Source: a virus
Taxonomy: Duplodnaviria; Caudoviricetes
IMG/VR virus record: IMGVR_UViG_3300031589_000012
Span: 1-31,853 of that record
Reading direction: 5' to 3' (one strand)
Length of the DNA: 31,853 nt
The notes below the pieces were generated by a model. That model saw only the letters and a list, made by a program, of their open reading frames with translations, did no database searches and was not told the DNA's origin. Of this stretch, positions 14,781-24,349 are shown piece after piece; within the stretch, counting starts at the first letter, position 1, and each line of letters starts with the position of its first letter. The translations under genes and the position numbers were made by a program.

Positions 14781-17700
14781 TTAAGGACAAGTTACTAATT
14801 CTATTACTAATCCATTTGATGTAACTCTAATATATTTAGTAGCTTCTGATTTATAATAACCTGCTGTTAAAGGCACTGCTTGACTACTGGTACAAATAGA
14901 AGAAGAATAAACAAAATCATTTAAACCAGGATATGTTCCTGATCCAGTGTGATAATATGTTTGAGACAATGGTTGATTACATACATCCGAAACCTCTTGA
15001 CTTGTACTTGCTAAAAAAGCAACACAATTAACAACGCATTCGCAACAAGCATTATCAGCAGAAGTTGCATCGTAACAAAACTGTTGACACGATGTCGTTC
15101 TATAGTCGTATATCAAATATAAATATTGATTACTTAAAGGAATTGACAATGCGGTCAATGTAGCTTGATACAACCCTTCAGATGGACTAACAACGCTACT
15201 GTTTGGTATAGTGGTTGATGCAGTCAATAAAGACGCTATATCAGTCTGATTGTTTTGATACAAAGTATTGCTTGAAAGATATTTAAAATTATCGTTAGGA
15301 TAACCCCAATCATAATCGTCAAAATTTATTTTATTAGATCTAAGAGTTAAATCTACTCCATCAAGTGGAAACACCCCTAAAGATCTAATTCCAACTTGAG
15401 GATCATAGGTAGACGCTATTAAATGCGAATTACCAAATTGATTCAAATCACTATCTACAGGACTTATATTCGTAGAGTTTTCCCAGAAATATTCATTATG
15501 AATATATTTATTAGCATCAACATTTGAGTTCATAACCACCTTCACAACAGTAATATTTACTTGAGTAGGGCAATTATAATCTATAATAAAACTTGATGAT
15601 GAACCAATAGAATTAACAGTTACAACTGCATTAGTTGGTGTATTTAAAGACTTACTCCAAGAGTATGATCCTGAACCAGTTAAAGTGCCACTTGTAAATG
15701 TAGTTCCGTTCCATAATACTGATATTGTAATACTTCCTGAAGTTACATTATAGCCAATTAAAACATCTCCGATTACATTTCCAAAATTTACTGTAGAAGG
15801 AAAAGCTGTACCAACTGGTAGACCGCTTCTATTTATAGATGTACCACATGGTATTACTTGAGGGGGAATAGGCACTGGTATTTGATTCATAGCCAACACA
15901 TACTCATCCATATAAGGATCAAATGCTCCTAATTTTTGATTATTTAAATTGTTATAAAATTCATCTCTAAAAAAAGATCTCATTCCAGAATCGGAAATAA
16001 CAGTCAAACTTTCTCCTTGACCTCCTTGTGCGTTTCCTGACAGCAATAATACAGCTCCTCTTTTTGAATCTGTAAAGTAAGTATCAAACCCATGAGTTAT
16101 AAAGCTTTCTGGATTAAAACTAATACCATACTCTTCTATACGAGCTATTTGAGTTCCTAAGACTTGAGGGACAGATGTAACAACACCGCCTCCTGTAGAA
16201 TCAGTCAATAAATTTTTGCTTGCTAAAACATATGATATTTTATCTTCTTGTAAAACTAATATATCAGTTTTTCTTGCGTGCATTTTTTGAATAGGCCCAT
16301 AAGAAGTTTCTAAATCTTTAAAGTTTACTAAGCCTAAATTAAATTCATTTAAGTTATTTGTTCCACTATTACTACTATAAACTCCACTATAAGTCATTCC
16401 CTCAAATCTATCCGTTTCTTTATAGTCTTGATTAGATACAGCTAAAACCCTTTCGCCTAACTGAAAACTCTTAGCTGCTAATTGATCTTTTATCTTATAA
16501 CTTTCAACACCATTACCAAACGTATAAACATCTGCGAAATCTAACCCAATAACAGCATCTTGTGTAGAAGTTTGGTTTTGATCAAACTCTCCTGTTCCTG
16601 ACAAGTGATTTCCATTAGCATCAATATCAAACATTTGACTTGCATCATAATATAAATCTGGATTTGCGTCTAATGGTTCTGATTCAAATACCATTAAAGT
16701 GTTGGCTCTAAATACAATAATATCAGCCGATATACTTGATTTTCTTTGAGAAGCAAATTGTCTGTTTGCGCCAGGTATACCACTATTTATACCAAAGTAT
16801 AACGGAGAGGTTTCGTCACCTGGAACATCTTGAACAAAACCTAACCTTACTTTAAAACCTTCACAAGGAAGGTTTGAGGCAAACCCAAATTCATTTTGAG
16901 GTGGAGGTACTGATGCATTTACAAATCCTGCATCATAAGAAGCGACTACTTCGTCATCTCCAAAACCATTTACATTACCAGGAGATGCTAATGCTACATT
17001 TACATTATCTCCATCATACCATCTTTTTAAATCTAAAAAATCTCTACTTGCCACAAACTGCTGCTCCCATTCCCAAGTATATTCTTTAGCTCCACCTGGA
17101 AAACCAGTTGAAGATCTTTGCGCTCTAAATTTTAATTTAATAATTGAACCAGCTGGAACAGTATACTGTGTTGTTCCTGTAATAACTCCATCAGAATCAA
17201 ATTGAGTGGTAAAACAAGGATACCCTACATTTCTTCCCTCTGGACTACAACCTTGTCTTACAGAATTTGCTACTTGATCTCCATAATCTATAACAGAATC
17301 ATCAGGAATCGCAACATTAAAATTTTGATTTTTAACATTCATATATAAACCAGGCAATTGGCTTATTTCTTCAAAGCCAACCTCTCCAGCTATCTTTAAG
17401 AAATCCGTACCCTCTGCTGTTATATCTAAAACAGTAATTTTTTCTACCCTTGGTAAAGCTCCATCTACATCTGCTTTTACTATTAACGTCTGTCCCTTTG
17501 AAACCTTATTAGCATTATCACCTTCTAATTTAAAGAAAATCATATTGTCACTTGGTCTTACATAATAGAAATTTGTAAATATAGTTTCATATGTTCCTAA
17601 ACTTGGTTTGACAACAAACTTATATTTGCTTGCCCAATAAGGAGCTATACTACTTAATTGAACTAAAATTGAATTTACACTAACAGAATTAGCAGGTTCA

Positions 17701-19607
17701 ATATATATTGTATTATACTCTGAAACTAATACAGTAGAAGCTCGCGCATATTCATCCATGTAAACAATACCTGTCTCATAATCTCTATTACTATGTAAAC
17801 TTGTGGTATCATTATCAGAAGTAAAAGTAACTTCTCCAGAAACAAATCTAAAAAATTCAAAAATATTAGTTGTTATTGGTGCTGCTGGATCAGTAACATC
17901 TATGTTTTGATAGTTCATTGCGATTAACTGCAACTCAAGTGTATCAGATCCTGGAACTACAGCAGTTAAAGCAAATCCTTGCTGTGCAGTAGCATCAGTT
18001 ATACTACTATTAAATTTTATAAAAACACATTCTTCAGCAGGAACAGCTAAAATATTATTAAATAAATCAGTTAAAGAGCTTCCTGTATCCGCTAAAAGTA
18101 TAGACTTAAATCTACCATCTGTTAATATACCTGTTCCAATTGCGTCTTTAAATTGAGCAGAACTGGCAAAATCATAAACAGAAGAGTAATTTTCTTCTAA
18201 CGTAATAGATATTGATATAGCAAAATTTGCGTTTTTAAACTCTTCATTAGCAGCGTAACAAGTAGTAGTTGTTGTGCCAGTTAATTTAGAGTGTTCAAAA
18301 CGAAAAGAAAAACCTATTACAGATCCTTGTTTTAACTTAGAAGAAATTTCCGATAAGTTAATAGTGATTTTACTATTATCTATACTTTCAGTTGTTCCAG
18401 AAAGAGTATATGAAGCTCCATTTCCAACGCTTGGCTGAGACAAAGTTACAAAGTCTACATTTTTTGAAACATAAGATGTTGAAAAATCTAACGCTATGTT
18501 TGATCCTTCAGAACTATTTCTTTTAAAATCATATCCATCAACAAAGTTTCCATAAAACAATCTATTACTCATTACTGTTTGAGCTTTTGCTGTTCTTGGA
18601 ACATTGTCGTATTGTCTTAATAATTCATCTCCACCTATTGTGGTATAAATTTTACTATTTGTAAACGAATAAGTTTTAGACGTATCATCGGCCCATCCAT
18701 AGTCTTCTTTTTTGAATCTTTCTATTACAAAAATAGTGTTTGAAGTTGTTTCTTTGTATAATAAGTCTATTTCTAAAACACGCTTACTACCAGTATTAAA
18801 AGTTATAACCGCTCCGTTATACCTATTAACCATACCGCCATTTAAATAATTTCTTGGATCAAATGAAAAAGTACTTGCTGCAAAAGCTGGTTTTGTAAAT
18901 AAAGAAGTAGCGCTATATTGATTATCTTGATATCTATATCTATATGCAAAACAAACAAATCTTTCTTTTAAGTAATTTTCATTACCAGGTAATGTAACAA
19001 GTTCAACAGTTGGAGCTGGTAAAGTAATATTCCCTCCAACAACATCCTCAAAACCAGGAGGTTTAACTATTACAGATATATCTTCTTCAACAATCTGATC
19101 TGTGTTACCAATTGGATTAGGATAATTTCTACCTATATTAATCATTCTTGGAGGATTTATATCGTCTGTAAAAAACAATAATTCTCCATCCACTAAATCA
19201 ACTGCTGTTATTAAAAACTTAGGATCAAAATTTAATACTTGAGTAGAAACTACGTGATATTGAACAACTTGATTTTGAGTATTAAAAGAAACTATTAAAT
19301 CAATACCTTCAGCTTTTGAGGGAAAATCTTTGTCATGTATAAACCAATAGATGTTTTCTCTCATCCCATCCTCATAAGCTCCTATACATATTGCTGTTGA
19401 TGACAACGAGACACCTTCAAATTGAATTGTAGTTAACTGTTCATTACCTCTGGAGTTTTCTACAGCACCTATTTCAGTAGTTTCTGTAGCTCCTAAACGA
19501 ACATTTAAAGCATCAATATACTCCCCAGGAGGAAGTAATCTTTCATCGATAGATTTATTCATTCTACCTGCGGTAAAATTAGTTGTAACTATTTCTGATT
19601 TAGCCAT
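14781..19607 (-). CDS. Tail nozzle/stabilisation (muzzle) protein, P22 gp10 / T7 gp12 analogue, 1608 aa
   Basis: N-terminal NFTAGRMNKSIDERLLPPGEYIDALNVR, LFFTDDINPPRMIN, FAYRYRYQDNQYS, AKAQ...NRLFYGNF, YGPIQK...LVLQEDK, EYGISFNPESF. These fit crAss-like stabilisation proteins, as does its position. Confidence 0.85.
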   Translation of the reverse strand: MAKSEIVTTNFTAGRMNKSIDERLLPPGEYIDALNVRLGATETTEIGAVENSRGNEQLTTIQFEGVSLSSTAICIGAYEDGMRENIYWFIHDKDFPSKAEGIDLIVSFNTQNQVVQYHVVSTQVLNFDPKFLITAVDLVDGELLFFTDDINPPRMINIGRNYPNPIGNTDQIVEEDISVIVKPPGFEDVVGGNITLPAPTVELVTLPGNENYLKERFVCFAYRYRYQDNQYSATSLFTKPAFAASTFSFDPRNYLNGGMVNRYNGAVITFNTGSKRVLEIDLLYKETTSNTIFVIERFKKEDYGWADDTSKTYSFTNSKIYTTIGGDELLRQYDNVPRTAKAQTVMSNRLFYGNFVDGYDFKRNSSEGSNIALDFSTSYVSKNVDFVTLSQPSVGNGASYTLSGTTESIDNSKITINLSEISSKLKQGSVIGFSFRFEHSKLTGTTTTTCYAANEEFKNANFAISISITLEENYSSVYDFASSAQFKDAIGTGILTDGRFKSILLADTGSSLTDLFNNILAVPAEECVFIKFNSSITDATAQQGFALTAVVPGSDTLELQLIAMNYQNIDVTDPAAPITTNIFEFFRFVSGEVTFTSDNDTTSLHSNRDYETGIVYMDEYARASTVLVSEYNTIYIEPANSVSVNSILVQLSSIAPYWASKYKFVVKPSLGTYETIFTNFYYVRPSDNMIFFKLEGDNANKVSKGQTLIVKADVDGALPRVEKITVLDITAEGTDFLKIAGEVGFEEISQLPGLYMNVKNQNFNVAIPDDSVIDYGDQVANSVRQGCSPEGRNVGYPCFTTQFDSDGVITGTTQYTVPAGSIIKLKFRAQRSSTGFPGGAKEYTWEWEQQFVASRDFLDLKRWYDGDNVNVALASPGNVNGFGDDEVVASYDAGFVNASVPPPQNEFGFASNLPCEGFKVRLGFVQDVPGDETSPLYFGINSGIPGANRQFASQRKSSISADIIVFRANTLMVFESEPLDANPDLYYDASQMFDIDANGNHLSGTGEFDQNQTSTQDAVIGLDFADVYTFGNGVESYKIKDQLAAKSFQLGERVLAVSNQDYKETDRFEGMTYSGVYSSNSGTNNLNEFNLGLVNFKDLETSYGPIQKMHARKTDILVLQEDKISYVLASKNLLTDSTGGGVVTSVPQVLGTQIARIEEYGISFNPESFITHGFDTYFTDSKRGAVLLLSGNAQGGQGESLTVISDSGMRSFFRDEFYNNLNNQKLGAFDPYMDEYVLAMNQIPVPIPPQVIPCGTSINRSGLPVGTAFPSTVNFGNVIGDVLIGYNVTSGSITISVLWNGTTFTSGTLTGSGSYSWSKSLNTPTNAVVTVNSIGSSSSFIIDYNCPTQVNITVVKVVMNSNVDANKYIHNEYFWENSTNISPVDSDLNQFGNSHLIASTYDPQVGIRSLGVFPLDGVDLTLRSNKINFDDYDWGYPNDNFKYLSSNTLYQNNQTDIASLLTASTTIPNSSVVSPSEGLYQATLTALSIPLSNQYLYLIYDYRTTSCQQFCYDATSADNACCECVVNCVAFLASTSQEVSDVCNQPLSQTYYHTGSGTYPGLNDFVYSSSICTSSQAVPLTAGYYKSEATKYIRVTSNGLVIELVTCP

Positions 19608-19608
19608 A

Positions 19609-20532
19609 TTATTTTATCCATTTATTCTGACCTCTCAAGTTCATTAAAAGTCTGCCAGGGTGTATATTACTTAATCTAATTTTTGCATTTCGCAATAAAG
19701 AAGATCTGTCTTTTCTTGCTCTATTAATAACGTACTCTGAAACACCTACTCTTCCGTTTAAAATAGTATATCTAATGTACGCATAAATGTATTCCTCAAA
19801 GAGTTTATTTACGTGAACATCTGTGTCTACTCCATTTTCCATTCCATCCGAAACATATTCTAAAACAATAGAAGATGATGCTATAATATTACTAAAATTA
19901 ATAACACCTGCTTGTTTGTTTATTGTAAATGTTGGATTAGAATTTGCAGTCTCTGTATTTAAACCAAAACGCGCGCCTACAGCGTAATTAAAACACCATA
20001 CACCATCTATACACCATCCTTCAGAGTTGTTGTAAGGACTACTGGAGTTCAAGTATATACTTGGAGCTGTAGCTGACATTTGATTTAAATTCAACTCTGA
20101 CTCTTGAGGACTTAATGCATTACCATCTTGATCAAATAATACATTTGATTGATTGTCTTGTAAATATGCAGAAGACCAATTTGTCTGAATGTTTTCTGAC
20201 AATGGATGTAATATTCCATTTACAAATTGAGAAATACGAACCCAGTTAACATAATCTGGAGGTAATACAAAACGTAATTGATCTGTAATATCTAATTGAA
20301 GAATTTTTATCTCCTTCATTGCATCATAATTTAGTTCTTGTATTCCTCTTTTAGCATGAAACAAAACTTGATACCGTTCTAAGTTGTTTATTAATTCATG
20401 ATTACCTTGATACATCAACATAAAATTATTGACTATATCAGCTAAAGAAAGAAATTGATAAGAACCCCAGTTTGCATCAGTTGGAGCAGCACCTGAATTT
20501 TGATAATATGCGAAATCATTTATATATGCCAT
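19609..20532 (-). CDS. Tail ring / tubular adaptor protein, 307 aa
   Basis: FVLPPDYVNWVRI and IVLEYVSDG motifs of P22 gp4 / T7 gp11 / crAss ring type; directly before the nozzle gene. Confidence 0.7.
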   Translation of the reverse strand: MAYINDFAYYQNSGAAPTDANWGSYQFLSLADIVNNFMLMYQGNHELINNLERYQVLFHAKRGIQELNYDAMKEIKILQLDITDQLRFVLPPDYVNWVRISQFVNGILHPLSENIQTNWSSAYLQDNQSNVLFDQDGNALSPQESELNLNQMSATAPSIYLNSSSPYNNSEGWCIDGVWCFNYAVGARFGLNTETANSNPTFTINKQAGVINFSNIIASSSIVLEYVSDGMENGVDTDVHVNKLFEEYIYAYIRYTILNGRVGVSEYVINRARKDRSSLLRNAKIRLSNIHPGRLLMNLRGQNKWIK

Positions 20533-20537
20533 AATTA

Positions 20538-21518
20538 TTATTGTTGTTGTTGATTATCTGAAACCTCCATATCCTTCCCAAAAGCAACTACATCAGCTTC
20601 TCTTATTTCAAGACCTACGTATTGACAAATCTTAGCTATTAACATAGGTTCATCAGAAAGAGGTAATTCAAAGTCTTGATAATCAGCCGCTGAAGCGTCA
20701 AACAAAGGTTCTCCAGCCAATAAAACAGCATAAGTCCAGTTTGGAGCTAAAGGATATCTAATGTACTGTGATGTAAATCTTCCAGGTGTATTTATCGTAA
20801 TAGGAAAAGCTTCTGCTACGAGAGCATTTTGAGTGTATGCTGGATAGCTTATATTTGGTTTTGTTAAAACAGAGTTGTTTAACATTGTAATTTTACTTTG
20901 TGCTACTCTTTCTGCTTCAACAATATCATTGGCTGAATATATATTGTAACTTTTTCCTACATTATCCCAAACTGTTTCACCTGCTGTTGCAAAGACTAAA
21001 AGATTTGTTGCGTTTACAACTGTAGAAATTACGGTGTTATAAACCGCTCCATTTGAAATTGCAGAAACAATATCCCCAACAGCTACTCCTGCCGCAATAA
21101 AATCCGCTGTAGTGTCGTTTACCGCTGTAGCAGCGCCATTGGTCGAAGTTGTTACTCCTGAAGCCAATACTTTAGTAAACACCAACATCTTATTAATCAA
21201 ATAATAATCAGAAGGTAGTGTATATAGATTTGGTGCAATACTTGCAGCTCCTATAATCCCAGGATTATTTAATAAAGGAATATTTACATAAAAAGTATCT
21301 ATAACCTCTGCTAATCCTTTTGTAATATCCGCATAACCAGTACCTGAAATTCTTTGATTTTCTTTTACTATTTGATTGTTGTATTGATAAAAATAATCCT
21401 CAAACATATCCATTTGAGATTGTTGAGCATATAAATTAAAATCTTGAGGAGATATATATCCATAATTATTTTTATTTGCTATGGCTAATACAGTGTTTCG
21501 TACTTCGTTTATTGGCAT
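20538..21518 (-). CDS. Head-tail ring/adaptor protein, 326 aa
   Basis: NKNNYGYISPQDFNLYAQQSQ, YTLPSDYY, YIRYPLAP and DFELP ring-protein motifs. Confidence 0.7.
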   Translation of the reverse strand: MPINEVRNTVLAIANKNNYGYISPQDFNLYAQQSQMDMFEDYFYQYNNQIVKENQRISGTGYADITKGLAEVIDTFYVNIPLLNNPGIIGAASIAPNLYTLPSDYYLINKMLVFTKVLASGVTTSTNGAATAVNDTTADFIAAGVAVGDIVSAISNGAVYNTVISTVVNATNLLVFATAGETVWDNVGKSYNIYSANDIVEAERVAQSKITMLNNSVLTKPNISYPAYTQNALVAEAFPITINTPGRFTSQYIRYPLAPNWTYAVLLAGEPLFDASAADYQDFELPLSDEPMLIAKICQYVGLEIREADVVAFGKDMEVSDNQQQQ

Positions 21519-21533
21519 AATTAATTCTTTTTA

Positions 21534-21541
21534 CAAAGATA
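21534..21541 (-). promoter_or_regulatory. Bacteroidota -7 element TATCTTTG
   Basis: Directly after a terminator U-tract; 15 nt upstream of ATG 21518. Confidence 0.65.
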
Positions 21542-21543
21542 GC

Positions 21544-21578
21544 AAAAAAAAAGAGGTTACTTTTTTTTGTAACCTCTT
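21544..21578 (-). terminator. Rho-independent terminator
   Basis: Perfect 10-bp stem AAGAGGTTAC/GTAACCTCTT, 8-nt loop, followed by a U-tract on the minus strand. Confidence 0.85.
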
Positions 21579-21624
21579 GATTAATTAAAGTATGATTGTA
21601 TTGCTGTATTCTTAATTAATGCTG

Positions 21625-21903
21625 TTATGCATTAAGAATACTTGTCACAGCTTTTGGAAGACTTACCTCATAATAAGGCTTCTGCCAAGATGTAGCTAAT
21701 GCTACTTCTATATTCTCTAATATAGAGTTGTAAACATCATGAGCTACTTGAGCTGCTGTTGTAATTGTAGTAGTAGTTCCATCAACATAATCGATTGTAA
21801 CTGTTACTGCCGTAGCTGTTGCTGTAGCAACCGCTTTTACTCCATCAAGACTGATCAATTGACCAGTAATAGGAGCATTCGTAATTTTAAGAAATTTTAC
21901 CAT
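21625..21903 (-). CDS. Small Thr/Ala/Val-rich protein, 92 aa (possible virion decoration protein)
   Basis: Start placed at ATG 21903 (MVKFLKIT...) after an A-rich leader; the 21960 start in the track lies inside a terminator hairpin. Confidence 0.75.
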   Translation of the reverse strand: MVKFLKITNAPITGQLISLDGVKAVATATATAVTVTIDYVDGTTTTITTAAQVAHDVYNSILENIEVALATSWQKPYYEVSLPKAVTSILNA

Positions 21904-21936
21904 TTTATAAAAAGTTTTTAATGGGTTAATAAAGTA

Positions 21937-21944
21937 CAAATATA
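21937..21944 (-). promoter_or_regulatory. Bacteroidota -7 element TATATTTG
   Basis: Directly after a terminator U-tract; 33 nt upstream of ATG 21903. Confidence 0.65.
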
Positions 21945-21946
21945 GC

Positions 21947-21975
21947 AAAAAAAAAGCCACCCTTTTAAGGTAGCT
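21947..21975 (-). terminator. Rho-independent terminator
   Basis: Minus-strand stem AGCTACC/GGTGGCT (one G-U pair) running into a U9 tract. Confidence 0.75.
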
Positions 21976-21996
21976 ATTTTTCGGTTAGTTGATTTT

Positions 21997-22761
21997 TTAC
22001 TTTTTATTCTTTAATTTATTTTTTAAAAGTTTATAAACCTCAAGTCCTTCATCTGATTGTAAAAAAGAACCAACAATATAGTTTGGATCTTCTCCGTAAG
22101 GAACTGTTAGCATTTTCTTTTTATTGTTAGGTAAATTATAATAAACATCTTTATTGTTATTTCTAAACGCAATAAAACCTGCTATTACAAATTGATGGAT
22201 TGTATCCATTAATTCTAACATTGGATCATTTATGGTATTCATAAAATCTTCTGGTCTTGATTTAGCGTATAAAAGAATATCTCTTTTTAATTCTGGAATA
22301 GTCATATTGTCTACACCATTACCCATTAAAACTCTACATACTGAAGTTAATTTATTTACATCAGTAGTTATTTTTTTAGCTTCTATTTGAGCATTTAACT
22401 CCGCTTCAACGTATTCTAATTCAACAGACGCATCGCGAGAATTATTTATTTCTTCAAACACCATTCCATTACTTGGATGATAGTGTAAGAATTTTTGTAA
22501 TGATTGATTTTGTTTCTCAACCATTAACATACCATCTTCAAAAACAATAGGCTCTAAAATTGCATTACCATCTTGCTCATCCTCAAATGGGCTTCTCTGG
22601 TTTCTTGCATAACGAAGAGGTCTGTTAATACCTTGTTCTTCATCAAAATGTAATAAAGGAGATCTACTTGAATGCCTTGAAGCCAGCATATATGAAAGTG
22701 GATACTGGTTGCCTGAAAGTCTATAGGCTTTGTTTTCGTACTTTTCTTTTTGTTTTGACAT
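21997..22761 (-). CDS. Conserved head-associated structural protein downstream of the major capsid gene, 254 aa
   Basis: LRYARNQRSPF, IVFEDGMLMV and QKFLHYHP; position equivalent to the conserved post-capsid gene of crAss-like phages. Confidence 0.65.
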   Translation of the reverse strand: MSKQKEKYENKAYRLSGNQYPLSYMLASRHSSRSPLLHFDEEQGINRPLRYARNQRSPFEDEQDGNAILEPIVFEDGMLMVEKQNQSLQKFLHYHPSNGMVFEEINNSRDASVELEYVEAELNAQIEAKKITTDVNKLTSVCRVLMGNGVDNMTIPELKRDILLYAKSRPEDFMNTINDPMLELMDTIHQFVIAGFIAFRNNNKDVYYNLPNNKKKMLTVPYGEDPNYIVGSFLQSDEGLEVYKLLKNKLKNKK

Positions 22762-22786
22762 TATAATATAATTTAATTTGATTTAT

Positions 22787-22822
22787 AAAAAATAATTACC
22801 CTCGTCATTATAACGAGGGTAA
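22787..22822 (-). terminator. Rho-independent terminator after the major capsid gene
   Basis: Perfect 10-bp stem TTACCCTCGT/ACGAGGGTAA (22796-22822) followed by TTATTTTTT on the minus strand. Confidence 0.8.
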
Positions 22823-22838
22823 GTATTACTACTATTTA

Positions 22839-24332
22839 CTATGCATCTTGGAATAAGAAGAAGTTGTTTGCACCTAAAGTACATACAGCTCTTTCACTCA
22901 AGAAGTTTACTTCCATTGCATCAAGATCGCTATTTCTTGCACCACCAGCAGAACCAGTAATCCAAGTTTTGTAACGTCTATCTTCAGTTTCAGAAGCTCT
23001 ATAACGAACGTGTAAGAAAGGACGTTTTGCGTTCTTTCCTAAGATTTGGTCATATACAGTTGTTGAACCAGCTGGAACTAAAAGTCCATTGATTGCTCCT
23101 GCATTTACTCCACCTCTCATTGTAGGATCGTTTAAGTATTTCCAATCAGACTTGTAAAAGTCATAACCTCTACGGAATCCTGTGAAACCTAAGTTCAAAG
23201 CCATATCCTTATCATTGTCAAATAAACCATAAGAAGTACCACCTGCTCCATAAGAGTTTTGTGATGCCAACATATCATCAATATCAAATGAGAATTGTCT
23301 GTTTACAAAAATTACATTTTCTTCAATAGAACCTTGCTTGTCAAGTCTTTGAATAACATTGTCAAATTGAGCTAAAGCAACTGGGTTTCCACCACCGAAT
23401 ACATTACCTCTATTTCCTACCACGTAGAAGATACCATCAGATCCTGAAAGATTAGCTGCACCTGCACCTACTCCCACACCTTGTAAGAAATCTGCCGCAC
23501 CAGAAGCTGCGTCTGCTGGAACTGCTTCCACCATTGCTGTCTCTAAGTAATCTTCAAAACGTAATCTTGTATCATGTTCAGATTTCAAATACCATAAGTA
23601 TCCTGTTGCACCTGCTTCAGATGTAACTTCAATCCAACCAATCTGAGCCATATCAGAACCAGAAACAGAATATTTGTCTTTGATAATAATTGGCTTGTTG
23701 TCAAAAATAAAGTCATCAGACTCGTTAGAACCAACCATTCCGTTAGTACCTTTTGCAAATTCAGAACCATAGATAAAAATATCACATCCTGCTGCTGCTG
23801 CCATTGCTTGACCGCCTGCTTCATAATAAGCTACAGTAAATGTTCCTGGAGCTGCTGAAGTTGGAGCTACTTTGATAATTGCTTTATTCTGTAATGTTGA
23901 TCCAACTGTATTGTCAGAAATCATTACAGTTTGTCCAACTCTAAGTGTAGCTAAAATACCTGAATTAGCATTTAACTGTGGATTAAAGTTAGTAGGATTG
24001 TTAGCTCCAGCTCCTGGCGCTGCTCCTACTCCTGGAACTGTCCAAACACCATCTACTGCACCTGCTGCTGAAGCAGAAGTACATCCTTGATATTTTGTGT
24101 GTAATCTACCTTGTTCTGCCCATTTAATTAAATCCGAGTTAGAAGGCATTTCAGCTCCTACCATTCTCAAGAATGATGCTACTGATCTGTTTCCATAACG
24201 CTCAAATTCCTTTTCGTAAGTATCTGGAAGATACTGATTTAAGAAATCAAAGTTGTTTATGTAGTTTGTTGATAAAGGAGTTTGCTGCGCACTTGGTTGC
24301 AAGTCAAATCCTGGTGTTAAATTTACTGCCAT
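22839..24332 (-). CDS. Major capsid protein, 497 aa
   Basis: Follows portal and scaffold; IKWAEQGRLH, PIIIKDKYSVSGSD, LNLGFTGFRRGYDFYK, C-terminal FLSERAVCTLGANNF; own terminator; TAG-TAA double stop. Confidence 0.85.
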   Translation of the reverse strand: MAVNLTPGFDLQPSAQQTPLSTNYINNFDFLNQYLPDTYEKEFERYGNRSVASFLRMVGAEMPSNSDLIKWAEQGRLHTKYQGCTSASAAGAVDGVWTVPGVGAAPGAGANNPTNFNPQLNANSGILATLRVGQTVMISDNTVGSTLQNKAIIKVAPTSAAPGTFTVAYYEAGGQAMAAAAGCDIFIYGSEFAKGTNGMVGSNESDDFIFDNKPIIIKDKYSVSGSDMAQIGWIEVTSEAGATGYLWYLKSEHDTRLRFEDYLETAMVEAVPADAASGAADFLQGVGVGAGAANLSGSDGIFYVVGNRGNVFGGGNPVALAQFDNVIQRLDKQGSIEENVIFVNRQFSFDIDDMLASQNSYGAGGTSYGLFDNDKDMALNLGFTGFRRGYDFYKSDWKYLNDPTMRGGVNAGAINGLLVPAGSTTVYDQILGKNAKRPFLHVRYRASETEDRRYKTWITGSAGGARNSDLDAMEVNFLSERAVCTLGANNFFLFQDA

Positions 24333-24349
24333 TTTTTTATTATTTTAAA

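Noticed and set aside
21581-21619. Two TTAATTAA palindromes 31 nt apart in an intergenic region
   Set aside because: Expected by chance in very AT-rich spacer DNA; no supporting context.
21904-21960. N-terminal extension MAFFLLYLYFINPLKTFYK of the 111-aa ORF, which looks like a signal peptide
   Set aside because: It is the translation of a terminator U-tract and promoter; the likely start is ATG 21903.
22836-22841. Possible TAG recoding as in some crAss-like phages (major capsid gene ends TAG-TAA)
   Set aside because: All large genes are intact under code 11 with no TAG fragmentation, and no suppressor tRNA is seen.
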